Below are positions 8,839 to 17,091 of a stretch of 44,898 bases of DNA, one piece after another. Source of the stretch: Gemmatimonadales bacterium (GTDB lineage: Bacteria > Gemmatimonadota > Gemmatimonadetes > Gemmatimonadales > GWC2-71-9); contig DATFMZ010000302.1 of assembly GCA_035266665.1 (NCBI GenBank), positions 1 to 44,898 of the forward strand, given 5' to 3'. The notes below the pieces were generated by a model that had not been told where the DNA came from, made no database searches, and worked only from the letters and a program-made list of their open reading frames with translations. A program made the translations under genes and the position numbers. Every line of letters begins with the position of its first letter. Position 1 is the stretch's first letter.

Positions 8839-10077
8839 ATGGCGGAACGACGACTCGGAATCGGCATCATCGGCAGCGGCTTCAACGCGAAGTTCCACAT
8901 CCAAGCATTCGTGGGTGTCCGCGACGCCGACGTGCTCGGTATCTGGAGCCCCAACAACGAGCATGCGCGTGAAGCCGCGTCGCTCGCCCGAAAGCTCCGG
9001 GTCGGCCGCGCCAAGGCGTTCGCGACCATCGATGAGATGGTGGAGCATCCGGGGATCGACGCCATCTGGGTCTGCGGGCCGAACCACGCGCGCATCGCGA
9101 ACCTCAAAGAGGTGGTCGCGGCCGTTGCACACGGAGCCGAGCTCAAGGGCATCGCCTGCGAGAAGCCGCTCGCCCGAAACGCCGCCGAGGCGCGCGAGGT
9201 TCTGCGGATGGTCGAGCGCGCGAAGCTCAACCACGGTTACATGGAGAACCAGCTCTTCGCTCCGTCGATAACACGCGGCCGCGACATCATCTGGGCGCGC
9301 GGGGCGCGCCTCACCGGCCGGCCGTACCTGGCGCGCGCGGCAGAAGAACACGCGGGTCCTCACATGCCGTGGTTCTGGCAGGGGAAGCTGCAGGGCGGCG
9401 GCGTCCTGAACGACATGATGTGTCACTCGATCGAAGTTGTGCGGTTCCTGCTCACGAAGCCCGGCGCGCCCCGATCCTCGCTCACGCTCCGGAGCGTGAG
9501 CGCGCAGATCGCGAGTCTCAAGTGGTCCCGCCGCGAGTACGCCGCGAAGCTCAAACGGGCAATGGGGAAGGACGTGGATTACCGTCGCCGGCCCGCGGAG
9601 GATTTCGCGACGGTCACGGCGGAGTTTGAGGCGGAAGACGGGAACACGGTGATCGGCGAGGCGACCACGTCCTGGAGCTTCGTCGGCGCGGGGCTTCGGC
9701 TCTCGGGCGAGCTGCTCGGCCCCGAGTATTCACTCCAGTGGAACACGCTCGACACCGACCTCAAGCTCTTCTTCTCGCGCGAGGTGAAGGGTCGCGCGGG
9801 CGAAGACCTGGTCGAGAAGCAGAATGCCGAGATGGGATTGATGCCGGTGGTCTCGGACGAGGCGCACGCGTACGGCTACGTCGCCGAGGACCGGCATTTC
9901 GTGCAGGCGTTCCTGGATGAGCGGACCCCGTCACTCACCTTCCACGACGGGCTCGCGGTGGTGGATACGCTGATGACCGCGTACATGAGCGCCGAGCGCG
10001 GCCGCACGCTGAGCTTCCCGCCGCGCGGCTTGACGACGTTCAAGCCGGCGGTCGCGCGGGGGAAGTGGCGGCCGTAG
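8839..10077 (+). CDS. Gfo/Idh/MocA-family NAD(P)-dependent oxidoreductase (cytoplasmic type)
   Basis: LGIGIIGSGFNAKFH Rossmann start and ACEKPLA catalytic-region motif; 412 aa. Confidence 0.9.
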   Translation: MAERRLGIGIIGSGFNAKFHIQAFVGVRDADVLGIWSPNNEHAREAASLARKLRVGRAKAFATIDEMVEHPGIDAIWVCGPNHARIANLKEVVAAVAHGAELKGIACEKPLARNAAEAREVLRMVERAKLNHGYMENQLFAPSITRGRDIIWARGARLTGRPYLARAAEEHAGPHMPWFWQGKLQGGGVLNDMMCHSIEVVRFLLTKPGAPRSSLTLRSVSAQIASLKWSRREYAAKLKRAMGKDVDYRRRPAEDFATVTAEFEAEDGNTVIGEATTSWSFVGAGLRLSGELLGPEYSLQWNTLDTDLKLFFSREVKGRAGEDLVEKQNAEMGLMPVVSDEAHAYGYVAEDRHFVQAFLDERTPSLTFHDGLAVVDTLMTAYMSAERGRTLSFPPRGLTTFKPAVARGKWRP

Positions 10078-10108
10078 TTGGCGTGAAGCTTCGGGCCGGT
10101 CTCCCGTT

Positions 10109-12073
10109 CTACCGCTTCCTGCTCCACACGTTGTTCTTGGGATTCACGTCCGGCAGCTGTTCCTTCGGATCGACCACCACCGAATCCAGCGGTGTCGTGG
10201 ACGGATACTTGAACGTCCACGTGGCACCGCCCTCCCAGATCTCGACCGGGAGCTTCACCGTGCTCGTGTCGCCTGAAGACTGCTTCACCCACACCGTTAC
10301 CGGCATCGGGAGCGAGTCGAGATTCGCGATCGTGATCAGCGCACCCTTTGCGGGATCGTTGTCGACGTAACTCACGCTGTCCATCGCCTGGTCGAGCGCC
10401 CACTTGTGGACGAACCAACCCTTCCAGAACCAGGTCAGATCCTCGCCGGCCACGTCATCCATCGAGCGGAAGAAATCGAGCGGCTGGGGATGCTTGAACG
10501 CCCAGCGTTTGACGTATGTCTTGAACGCTTCGTCGAAGCGATCGTGTCCGAGGACGACCTCACGCAGCAGCACGAGGCCGAGTGCGGGCTTGTAGTACTC
10601 GATCGGATGCCGGTAGTGCTCGGAAACGGCATCCGCCGGTGTCAGGATGGCCGGCGCGTCCGGATCGAGGAGATAAGGGACGAACTCGCGCGCCGGGTTC
10701 CCGCCCTTGGGAGCGTATTCGCCATCCCGCTTGGGGGCATACTCGCCGTGGTTGAACCAGTTGGAGGCGTAGACGTCGATGAAGGTGTTGAACCCCTCGT
10801 CCATGAACGCGTAGCGCCGCTCGTTGGAACCCACGATCATCGGGAACCAGTCGTGACCGATCTCGTGCGCGGTCACCGCCCAGAGGCTCTTCCCCTTCCC
10901 GCGGTAGCTGCAGAAGACGATCCCCGGATACTCCATCCCGCCCACCGGGCCACCGACATTGATCGCCACCGGCCACGGGTACTCGAACCAGTGCTTGGAG
11001 AAGATCTCGATCGCGCCCTTGAGGTACTCGGTCGAGCGCCCCCACGCCGAGTCCCCCGCGCTCTCCACCGGATAGGCCGACATCGCGAGCGCCTTACGGC
11101 CGCTGGGCAGGTTCACGCGCGCCGCATCCCAGATGAACGCGGGTGACGCGGCCCACGAGACGTCGCGCGTGTTGCGCATGTGGAAGTGCCAGGTCTTCAC
11201 GCCCGCCACGCGGCGCTTCGCCGTGCGCGCAACCTCGGCCGGCGTCCGGATCATCACCGTCGCGTCGCTCTGCCGCGCCTTCTCGAGCCGCGCGCGATCC
11301 GTGGCGGTGAGCGTGCTGTCGGGATTCTGGAGCGTGCCGGAGCCCATCACGAGGTAGCCCGCCGGCACCGTCACGCGGTAGTCGTAGTCGCCGTAGTCGA
11401 GATAGAACTCGCCGTTCCCGAGGAAGGGGAGCGTGTTCCACCCGCGCACGTCGTCGAACACCGCCATCCGCGGATACCACTGCGCGACGTCGAAGATCGG
11501 CCCGCTCTTGGAGTTCATCCACCCGGTGCGCTCGGCCTCTCCTTCGGGAATCACGAACGAATATTTCACGGCGATGTGCACCACCCCACCGTTCGGCGCC
11601 ACCGGCTCCGGCGGGATGATCCGCATCCGCGTGTCGGAGACCAGATAGTCCGCGTCCATGTAGGCGCTGTCGCGGCCGATCTTGACCGAGGTCAGCTTGA
11701 CCCCGCCCGTGATCGGGTTCGGGAAGCCGAGTGGGCTCACACGGTCGCTCCGGGACCCTTTCGCGAAGCGATTCTCGTCGAGCTGGAGCCAGAGCACGTC
11801 CAGCGAGTCGGGGCTGTTGTTCGTGTAGGTGATGACGACGTCACCGGAGACGGCGTGGCGCGCCGTATCGAGTGTGGCGTCGATGGAATAGTCGGCGCGA
11901 TTCGACCAGTAATCGGGTCCGGGCGCGCCGTTGCCGCTCCGGTACGCCGTGCCCGGCGCGCTCAGGAAGCTCTCGTCGAAAGCTGCGTGCGGATCGTACC
12001 GCGACGCCTGTTGGGCGAATGCGGGCTCAGCGAGAACGGCGAGCGCGAGTGCTACGCCGAGTGCACGGTTCAT
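10109..12073 (-). CDS. secreted M1-family zinc metallopeptidase (aminopeptidase N-like)
   Basis: ORF 10109..12211 trimmed to ATG 12073 ([22 protein letters not shown] signal, GGAG upstream). [18 protein letters not shown] and MDEGFNTF (HExxH + E) motifs. Confidence 0.9.
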   Translation of the reverse strand: MNRALGVALALAVLAEPAFAQQASRYDPHAAFDESFLSAPGTAYRSGNGAPGPDYWSNRADYSIDATLDTARHAVSGDVVITYTNNSPDSLDVLWLQLDENRFAKGSRSDRVSPLGFPNPITGGVKLTSVKIGRDSAYMDADYLVSDTRMRIIPPEPVAPNGGVVHIAVKYSFVIPEGEAERTGWMNSKSGPIFDVAQWYPRMAVFDDVRGWNTLPFLGNGEFYLDYGDYDYRVTVPAGYLVMGSGTLQNPDSTLTATDRARLEKARQSDATVMIRTPAEVARTAKRRVAGVKTWHFHMRNTRDVSWAASPAFIWDAARVNLPSGRKALAMSAYPVESAGDSAWGRSTEYLKGAIEIFSKHWFEYPWPVAINVGGPVGGMEYPGIVFCSYRGKGKSLWAVTAHEIGHDWFPMIVGSNERRYAFMDEGFNTFIDVYASNWFNHGEYAPKRDGEYAPKGGNPAREFVPYLLDPDAPAILTPADAVSEHYRHPIEYYKPALGLVLLREVVLGHDRFDEAFKTYVKRWAFKHPQPLDFFRSMDDVAGEDLTWFWKGWFVHKWALDQAMDSVSYVDNDPAKGALITIANLDSLPMPVTVWVKQSSGDTSTVKLPVEIWEGGATWTFKYPSTTPLDSVVVDPKEQLPDVNPKNNVWSRKR

Positions 12074-12263
12074 TGCCGATACTCCAGGAGATGGTGGGGA
12101 TGGGAACCCGAGGCCCCCGCAGGGTACGCGGTGGCACGGCGGATGTTCCCCGGGCGGACCCACGCGGGAGAGTCCCTCGCGCCGCGCCGACGCCCACGAC
12201 ATCTTGCACACTTCGGGTCGGAACGTCTACCCCACTCCTGGACTCGTTTGAGGAGAGCCCGTC

Positions 12264-13043
12264 ATGCCACGTTCCTCGTTCACCGCCGTGCTTGCAGGCC
12301 TCGCCCTCGCCGCCGGGACCACGTCGCTTCTCGCGCAGCAACCCCAGAGCAAGTGGAAGCCGGACGACCCGAACCGGCCGCATCCGCCGATCGTGACGCC
12401 GGGCCCCGCCGGAGCGCCCGTCCCGCCACCGTCGGACGCGGTGGTGCTCTTCGACGGGAAGGACCTTTCAGAGTGGATGGCGGCCGACAGCGGGCCGGCC
12501 AAGTGGAAGGTGCAGGACGGCTACGTCGAGATCGTGCCGGGCACGGGCACGATGCTCTCACGCCGCAAGTTCGGGAGCTTTCAGCTGCACCTCGAGTTCC
12601 GGGAGCCCACACCGCCCGAGGGCGAGGGACAGGAACGCGGCAACAGCGGCGTCTTTCTCATGAGCCACTACGAGATCCAGCTGCTCGACTCCTACGACAA
12701 CGTCACCTACGCTGACGGCCAGGCGGGCGCGGTGTACGGCCAGACACCGCCCCTGGTCAATCCCGCGCGAAAGCCCGGCGAATGGCAGAAGTACGACATC
12801 GTCTTCCATCGCCCGATCTTCAATACCGACGGCTCGATCGAGCGGGACGCGCACGTCACCGTCTTCTTCAATAACGTGCTCGTCCAGGACAACACCGACA
12901 TCTGGGGCTGGACGGTGGATCATGCGGTCGCGCACTACAAGCCGCATCCCGATAAGATGCCGCTCGGCCTCCAGGATCACGGATTCCGGCTGCGCTTCCG
13001 CGACATCTGGGTCCGCCCGCTCCCGGACGACGAGTCCCGATGA
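12264..13043 (+). CDS. DUF1080 (3-keto-disaccharide hydrolase family) exported protein
   Basis: Signal peptide. LFDGKDLSEW...KWKVQDGYVE...NSGVFL...YEIQLLD...LQDHG..LRFRDIWVRPL pattern typical of the DUF1080 lectin-fold family. GAGGAG SD. Confidence 0.9.
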   Translation: MPRSSFTAVLAGLALAAGTTSLLAQQPQSKWKPDDPNRPHPPIVTPGPAGAPVPPPSDAVVLFDGKDLSEWMAADSGPAKWKVQDGYVEIVPGTGTMLSRRKFGSFQLHLEFREPTPPEGEGQERGNSGVFLMSHYEIQLLDSYDNVTYADGQAGAVYGQTPPLVNPARKPGEWQKYDIVFHRPIFNTDGSIERDAHVTVFFNNVLVQDNTDIWGWTVDHAVAHYKPHPDKMPLGLQDHGFRLRFRDIWVRPLPDDESR

Positions 13044-14353
13044 GGCACCGCGTCACGTTGGGCGCGCTCGCGGCGCTCACGGCTCTCGCCGCCCCGAACG
13101 CCGCGGCCCAGCAGGGCTACCAACCCGCGCCGGCCAACGTCGCGGCACGCCAGTGGTTCCGCGACGCCAAGTTCGGGATGTTCGTCCACTGGGGCATCTA
13201 CTCGGTCCTGGGCGACGGCGAGTGGGTGATGCAGAATCATCGGATTCCCGTCTCGAGCTACGAGTTCGTGGCGACGCAGTTCAACCCCACGAAGTTCGAC
13301 GCCGATCAATGGGTCTCGATCGCCAAGGCCGCGGGAGCGAGGTACATCACCATCACCTCCAAGCATCACGACGGCTTCGCGATGTTCGATTCCAAAGTCT
13401 CCGACTGGAACGTCGTGGACCGCACGCCGTACGGCAAAGACGTCATGGGTGAGCTCGCCGCGGCCTGCAAGCGCCAGGGGATCAAGCTCTTCTTCTACTA
13501 CTCCCAGCTCGACTGGCACAATCCCAACTACTACCCGCGCGGCGCCACCGGGCAGTATGCGGCGCGGCCGGACAGCGGAAACTGGCAGAAGTACCTCGAC
13601 TACATGGATGCCCAGCTCACGGAGCTGCTCACCAACTACGGACCGATCGGTGGAATCTGGTTCGACGGCATGTGGGACAAGCCGAACGCCGACTGGCAGC
13701 TCGGCAGGACGTACGCGTTGATCCATCGGCTCCAACCGCAAGCGCTGATCGGATCCAACCATCACCGGACGCCCTTCCCCGGCGAAGACTTCCAGATGTT
13801 CGAGAAGGATCTTCCGGGCCAGCATACGACGGGCTTCAATCAAGATCAGACCGTCAGCAGCCTCCCGCTCGAGACCGCGGAGACCATCAACGACTCGTGG
13901 GGCTTCAATCTTTCCGACCAACACTTCAAGAGCGTGCACGACCTGGTGCAGCTCCTGGTCAAGGCCGCGGGGAACGACGCCAATCTCCTGCTCAACGTCG
14001 GTCCCAAGCCCGACGGTACCATTCCCCAGCCCGAGGTGGACCGCCTCCGCGCCATGGGGAAGTGGCTCGAGACGTACGGCACCTCGATCTACGGCACGCG
14101 CGGCGGGCCGCTCGCACCAGCGCCATGGGGCGTCACGACCCAGCGCGGTGACACCGTATTCGTTCATGTTCTAAATTGGAACGCCCCGCTCCTCGCGATC
14201 CCACCACTCCCACATCGGATCCGTAGCGCCAGGCTCGTGGCCAACGGCACGGCGGTGCACTTCCAGGAAACCAAGCACGGGATCGTGCTCACGCTCCCGC
14301 CGGCGCGCGCGGATACGTATGATCAAGTGGTCATGCTCGTGCCGCACAAATAG
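13040..14353 (+). CDS. alpha-L-fucosidase (GH29), secreted
   Basis: ATGA start/stop overlap with the DUF1080 gene. Signal peptide. FGMFVHWGIYS, ITSKHHDGFAMFDS, IWFDGMW GH29 motifs. Confidence 0.92.
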   Translation: MRHRVTLGALAALTALAAPNAAAQQGYQPAPANVAARQWFRDAKFGMFVHWGIYSVLGDGEWVMQNHRIPVSSYEFVATQFNPTKFDADQWVSIAKAAGARYITITSKHHDGFAMFDSKVSDWNVVDRTPYGKDVMGELAAACKRQGIKLFFYYSQLDWHNPNYYPRGATGQYAARPDSGNWQKYLDYMDAQLTELLTNYGPIGGIWFDGMWDKPNADWQLGRTYALIHRLQPQALIGSNHHRTPFPGEDFQMFEKDLPGQHTTGFNQDQTVSSLPLETAETINDSWGFNLSDQHFKSVHDLVQLLVKAAGNDANLLLNVGPKPDGTIPQPEVDRLRAMGKWLETYGTSIYGTRGGPLAPAPWGVTTQRGDTVFVHVLNWNAPLLAIPPLPHRIRSARLVANGTAVHFQETKHGIVLTLPPARADTYDQVVMLVPHK

Positions 14354-14357
14354 GTCC

Positions 14358-14470
14358 GCCCACGTCCAGCGCGATGCTCCCGTAGGGCGCCTTTGTTCGC
14401 GGTGCCCGGGGTACCAGCCATCCCTACTCGCGAACTGCAGCGCCCGCAGGGAGCATTGCGCGACGTGGGC
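14358..14470. repeat. about 110-nt imperfect palindrome (extended hairpin) between the GH29 and DPP-IV genes
   Basis: gcccacgtc 14358-66 / gacgtgggc 14462-70 (9 bp). gcgcgatgctccc 14369-81 / gggagcattgcgc 14449-61 (13 bp, one G-T). gggcgc 14385-90 / gcgccc 14440-45. gttcgcg 14395-401 / cgcgaac 14429-35. Confidence 0.75.
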
Positions 14471-14597
14471 GAAGGCAACATTCGCTGCGGAAGCCACGTA
14501 GCCCATATGGCCCGGCGCCGACCGCCGCGGTATCATCCATCGACGCCGTCGCCGCCTCTGGGCGGCGCATCCCAGAACTCCAGCCGGTGAGCCACTG

Positions 14598-16847
14598 ATG
14601 CGCGTGAAGACTTCGATCGTGATGCTCGCGGGACTGCTCGTCGCGGTTCCGGGCATCGGCCAGGCCCAGCAGAAGCAGATGTTCAAGGACCGGGACGACG
14701 CGCTTCGCGCGGGCCGCATGCTCTCCGGTGGCTCGGCGCCCGCCGACGTCAACTGGATCGACGGCGGCCAGCGCTACTCGTACATCGCGCGCGGCGACTC
14801 GGGCGGCCAGGAGATCCGGGCCTTCGATCCGAAGACCGAAAGGGACACCCTCCTCTTCACCGCGAAGGGCGTCACCTTCCCCGGCACGGATGAGGCGTTC
14901 AACTACCGCTCGTTCCAGTGGGCGCACGACTCGAAGCACCTGGTGTTCCAGACGAACTTCAAGCAGCTCTATCGTCGCTCCGGCACCGCGGATTTCTACG
15001 TGTATTCGCTCGCCGATCACTCGATGCGGCTCGCGGCCAAGGGCGCGCGCACGGGGGAGCTGTCCCCCAACGGGGTGATGCTCGGCTACGAGCGGGACGG
15101 CAACATGTACGTCTCCGACGTCGCGACCGACAAGGAGACGCAGCTCACCGATGACGCGACCGACACCAAGTACAACGGCCACTTCGACTGGGTGTACGAG
15201 GAAGAGTTCGGGATGGCGCAGGCGTGGAACTGGTCGCCCGACTCCAAGTACATCGCCTACTGGCAGGTGGACGAGAGCGCGGAACCGATAGACCAGTTCA
15301 CCGATTACGCCGGCGCGCACCCCGACTACGTCGACATCCGCATTCCCCAGCCCGGTGACTCGAACCCCACCGTCAAGATCGGCGTGGTGAACGTCCATAC
15401 CGGCAAGAAGGTCTGGCTCGACCCGGGCCTCACCGGCGACTACTACGTCCCGCGGATCTATTGGACCAGCCGGCCGGACACGCTCGCGATGATCACGCTC
15501 AACCGGCCGCAGAACGAGATGCGGGTCTACTTCTTCGACGTGACCACCGGCGGCAAGCGGCTCGTGCTCACGCAGACGTCGGACACCTGGATCGACATCT
15601 ACGATTTCTACGCCGGCGTCCAGGACATGATCTCGTTCCCCGAGGGGACGCACGAGTTCTTCTGGATCTCGGATCGTGACGGCTGGCAGCACATCTATCG
15701 GTACGACTATTCAGGCAAGCTCCTGAACCAGGTGACGCACGGCAATTGGAGCGTCACGCGCATCGAGGGTACCGACGCGAAGCACAAGACCATCTTCTAC
15801 ACCTCTACCGAGGCCTCGCCGCTTCAGCGGCAGCTCTATGAGATCCGCTTCGACGGCACGCATCAGCGGCAGCTGACCAAGGACGAGGGCACGCACCGGA
15901 TCGACATGTCGCCCAACACCGCGTACTACATCGATTCGTGGTCGTCGGTGAGCACGCCGCGCCAGGTGGCGCTGTATGCCACGGGCAAGAAGATGATCAA
16001 GCTGCTGGGGAGCAACGAGAAGACGCTCGACTGGCTCAAGGATCACGCCTACTCGCCGACCCAGCTCTTCAGCTTCACCACCTCCGACGGCCAGAAGCTC
16101 GACGGCTCGCTCGTGATGCCGATGCAGTTCGACTCCACCAAGAAGTATCCCGTGATCTTCGCGATCTACGGCGGGCCCGGGTCGCAGGGCGTCTATGACG
16201 ACTTCGGGACGAGCGGATGGACGCAGTGGCTCGCGCAGGAGGGGTACGTCGTCGCGAACGTGAACAACCGCGGCAACAACAACTACGGCAGTGCGTTCGA
16301 GAAGATCGTCTACAAGCACCTGGGCAAGTGGGAGAGCCACGACTTCGCCGAGGCGGCGAAGTATCTGGACAGCAAGAGCTGGGTGGATGCGACGCGGGTC
16401 GGGATCATGGGCGGGAGCTACGGCGGCTACAGCACGCTTTACACGCTCGAGATGTATCCCGACGTCTTCTCCATGGGGATCGCCAACTCACCCGTCACCG
16501 ACTGGCGGCTGTACGACACGATCTACACCGAGCGCTACATGAGCCTGCTCGACGACAACCTCGACGGCTACAAGGCGAGTTCGGCGGTTCTGAACGCGGA
16601 CAAGGTGAAGGGGAAGTTGCTCGTGGTGCACTCGATGATGGACGACAACGTGCATCCGCGGAACACGATGCAGTTCCTGACCGCCATGACCAACGCCGGG
16701 CACGACGTCGATCTTCGAATCTACCCGCCGGGCCATCATGGTGCGGCGTACAACGGCGCGAGCTACCGGCTCATGCTCGGCGTATACGATCAGTTTCTCA
16801 TGCGGAACCTGATGGGCGGAGACGCGTCGGAGAGCGGGACGAACTGA
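14598..16847 (+). CDS. dipeptidyl-peptidase IV-type S9 serine peptidase, secreted
   Basis: Signal peptide. DPP-IV N-terminal propeller (WSPDSKYIAYWQVDES). C-terminal GGSYGGY nucleophile elbow, DDNVH and PPGHHG catalytic region. Confidence 0.92.
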   Translation: MRVKTSIVMLAGLLVAVPGIGQAQQKQMFKDRDDALRAGRMLSGGSAPADVNWIDGGQRYSYIARGDSGGQEIRAFDPKTERDTLLFTAKGVTFPGTDEAFNYRSFQWAHDSKHLVFQTNFKQLYRRSGTADFYVYSLADHSMRLAAKGARTGELSPNGVMLGYERDGNMYVSDVATDKETQLTDDATDTKYNGHFDWVYEEEFGMAQAWNWSPDSKYIAYWQVDESAEPIDQFTDYAGAHPDYVDIRIPQPGDSNPTVKIGVVNVHTGKKVWLDPGLTGDYYVPRIYWTSRPDTLAMITLNRPQNEMRVYFFDVTTGGKRLVLTQTSDTWIDIYDFYAGVQDMISFPEGTHEFFWISDRDGWQHIYRYDYSGKLLNQVTHGNWSVTRIEGTDAKHKTIFYTSTEASPLQRQLYEIRFDGTHQRQLTKDEGTHRIDMSPNTAYYIDSWSSVSTPRQVALYATGKKMIKLLGSNEKTLDWLKDHAYSPTQLFSFTTSDGQKLDGSLVMPMQFDSTKKYPVIFAIYGGPGSQGVYDDFGTSGWTQWLAQEGYVVANVNNRGNNNYGSAFEKIVYKHLGKWESHDFAEAAKYLDSKSWVDATRVGIMGGSYGGYSTLYTLEMYPDVFSMGIANSPVTDWRLYDTIYTERYMSLLDDNLDGYKASSAVLNADKVKGKLLVVHSMMDDNVHPRNTMQFLTAMTNAGHDVDLRIYPPGHHGAAYNGASYRLMLGVYDQFLMRNLMGGDASESGTN

Positions 16848-16866
16848 GCGTCGTCGAGACGTGAAG

Positions 16867-16936
16867 CTTCGGACGGGTCGCCTTCGCGTCCCGAAGTTCG
16901 CGAGTAGCGCCGGTCTGGTACCCCCGGGCCGGCGCT
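16867..16936 (+). terminator. two consecutive GC-rich hairpins after the DPP-IV stop (candidate intrinsic terminator, no U-tract)
   Basis: cttcggacg 16867-75 / cgtcccgaag 16887-96 (one bulge) and agcgccgg 16906-13 / ccggcgct 16929-36. Neither is followed by a T run. Confidence 0.3.
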
Positions 16937-17091
16937 CACTTACGTCCGCTCCGGCGGCCCGCCCGTGCGTTCCGATCACTCTGAAACACCATCCATCGCG
17001 TCAGCTTGCGACGCATGGTCCCCCCGCAAAGATTTCCCCTCGTGCCCTACCACGCCTTCACGACGTTCAACACCCACCCGGACCGCTGACC

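Noticed and set aside
12132-12146. Sigma-54-like element TGGCACG-gcgg-ATGT upstream of the DUF1080 gene.
   Set aside because: The -24 half is perfect, but the -12 half lacks the conserved GC (TGT instead of TGC). No sigma-54 enhancer-binding protein is encoded nearby. A second TTGGCA at about 31146 also has wrong GG-GC spacing.
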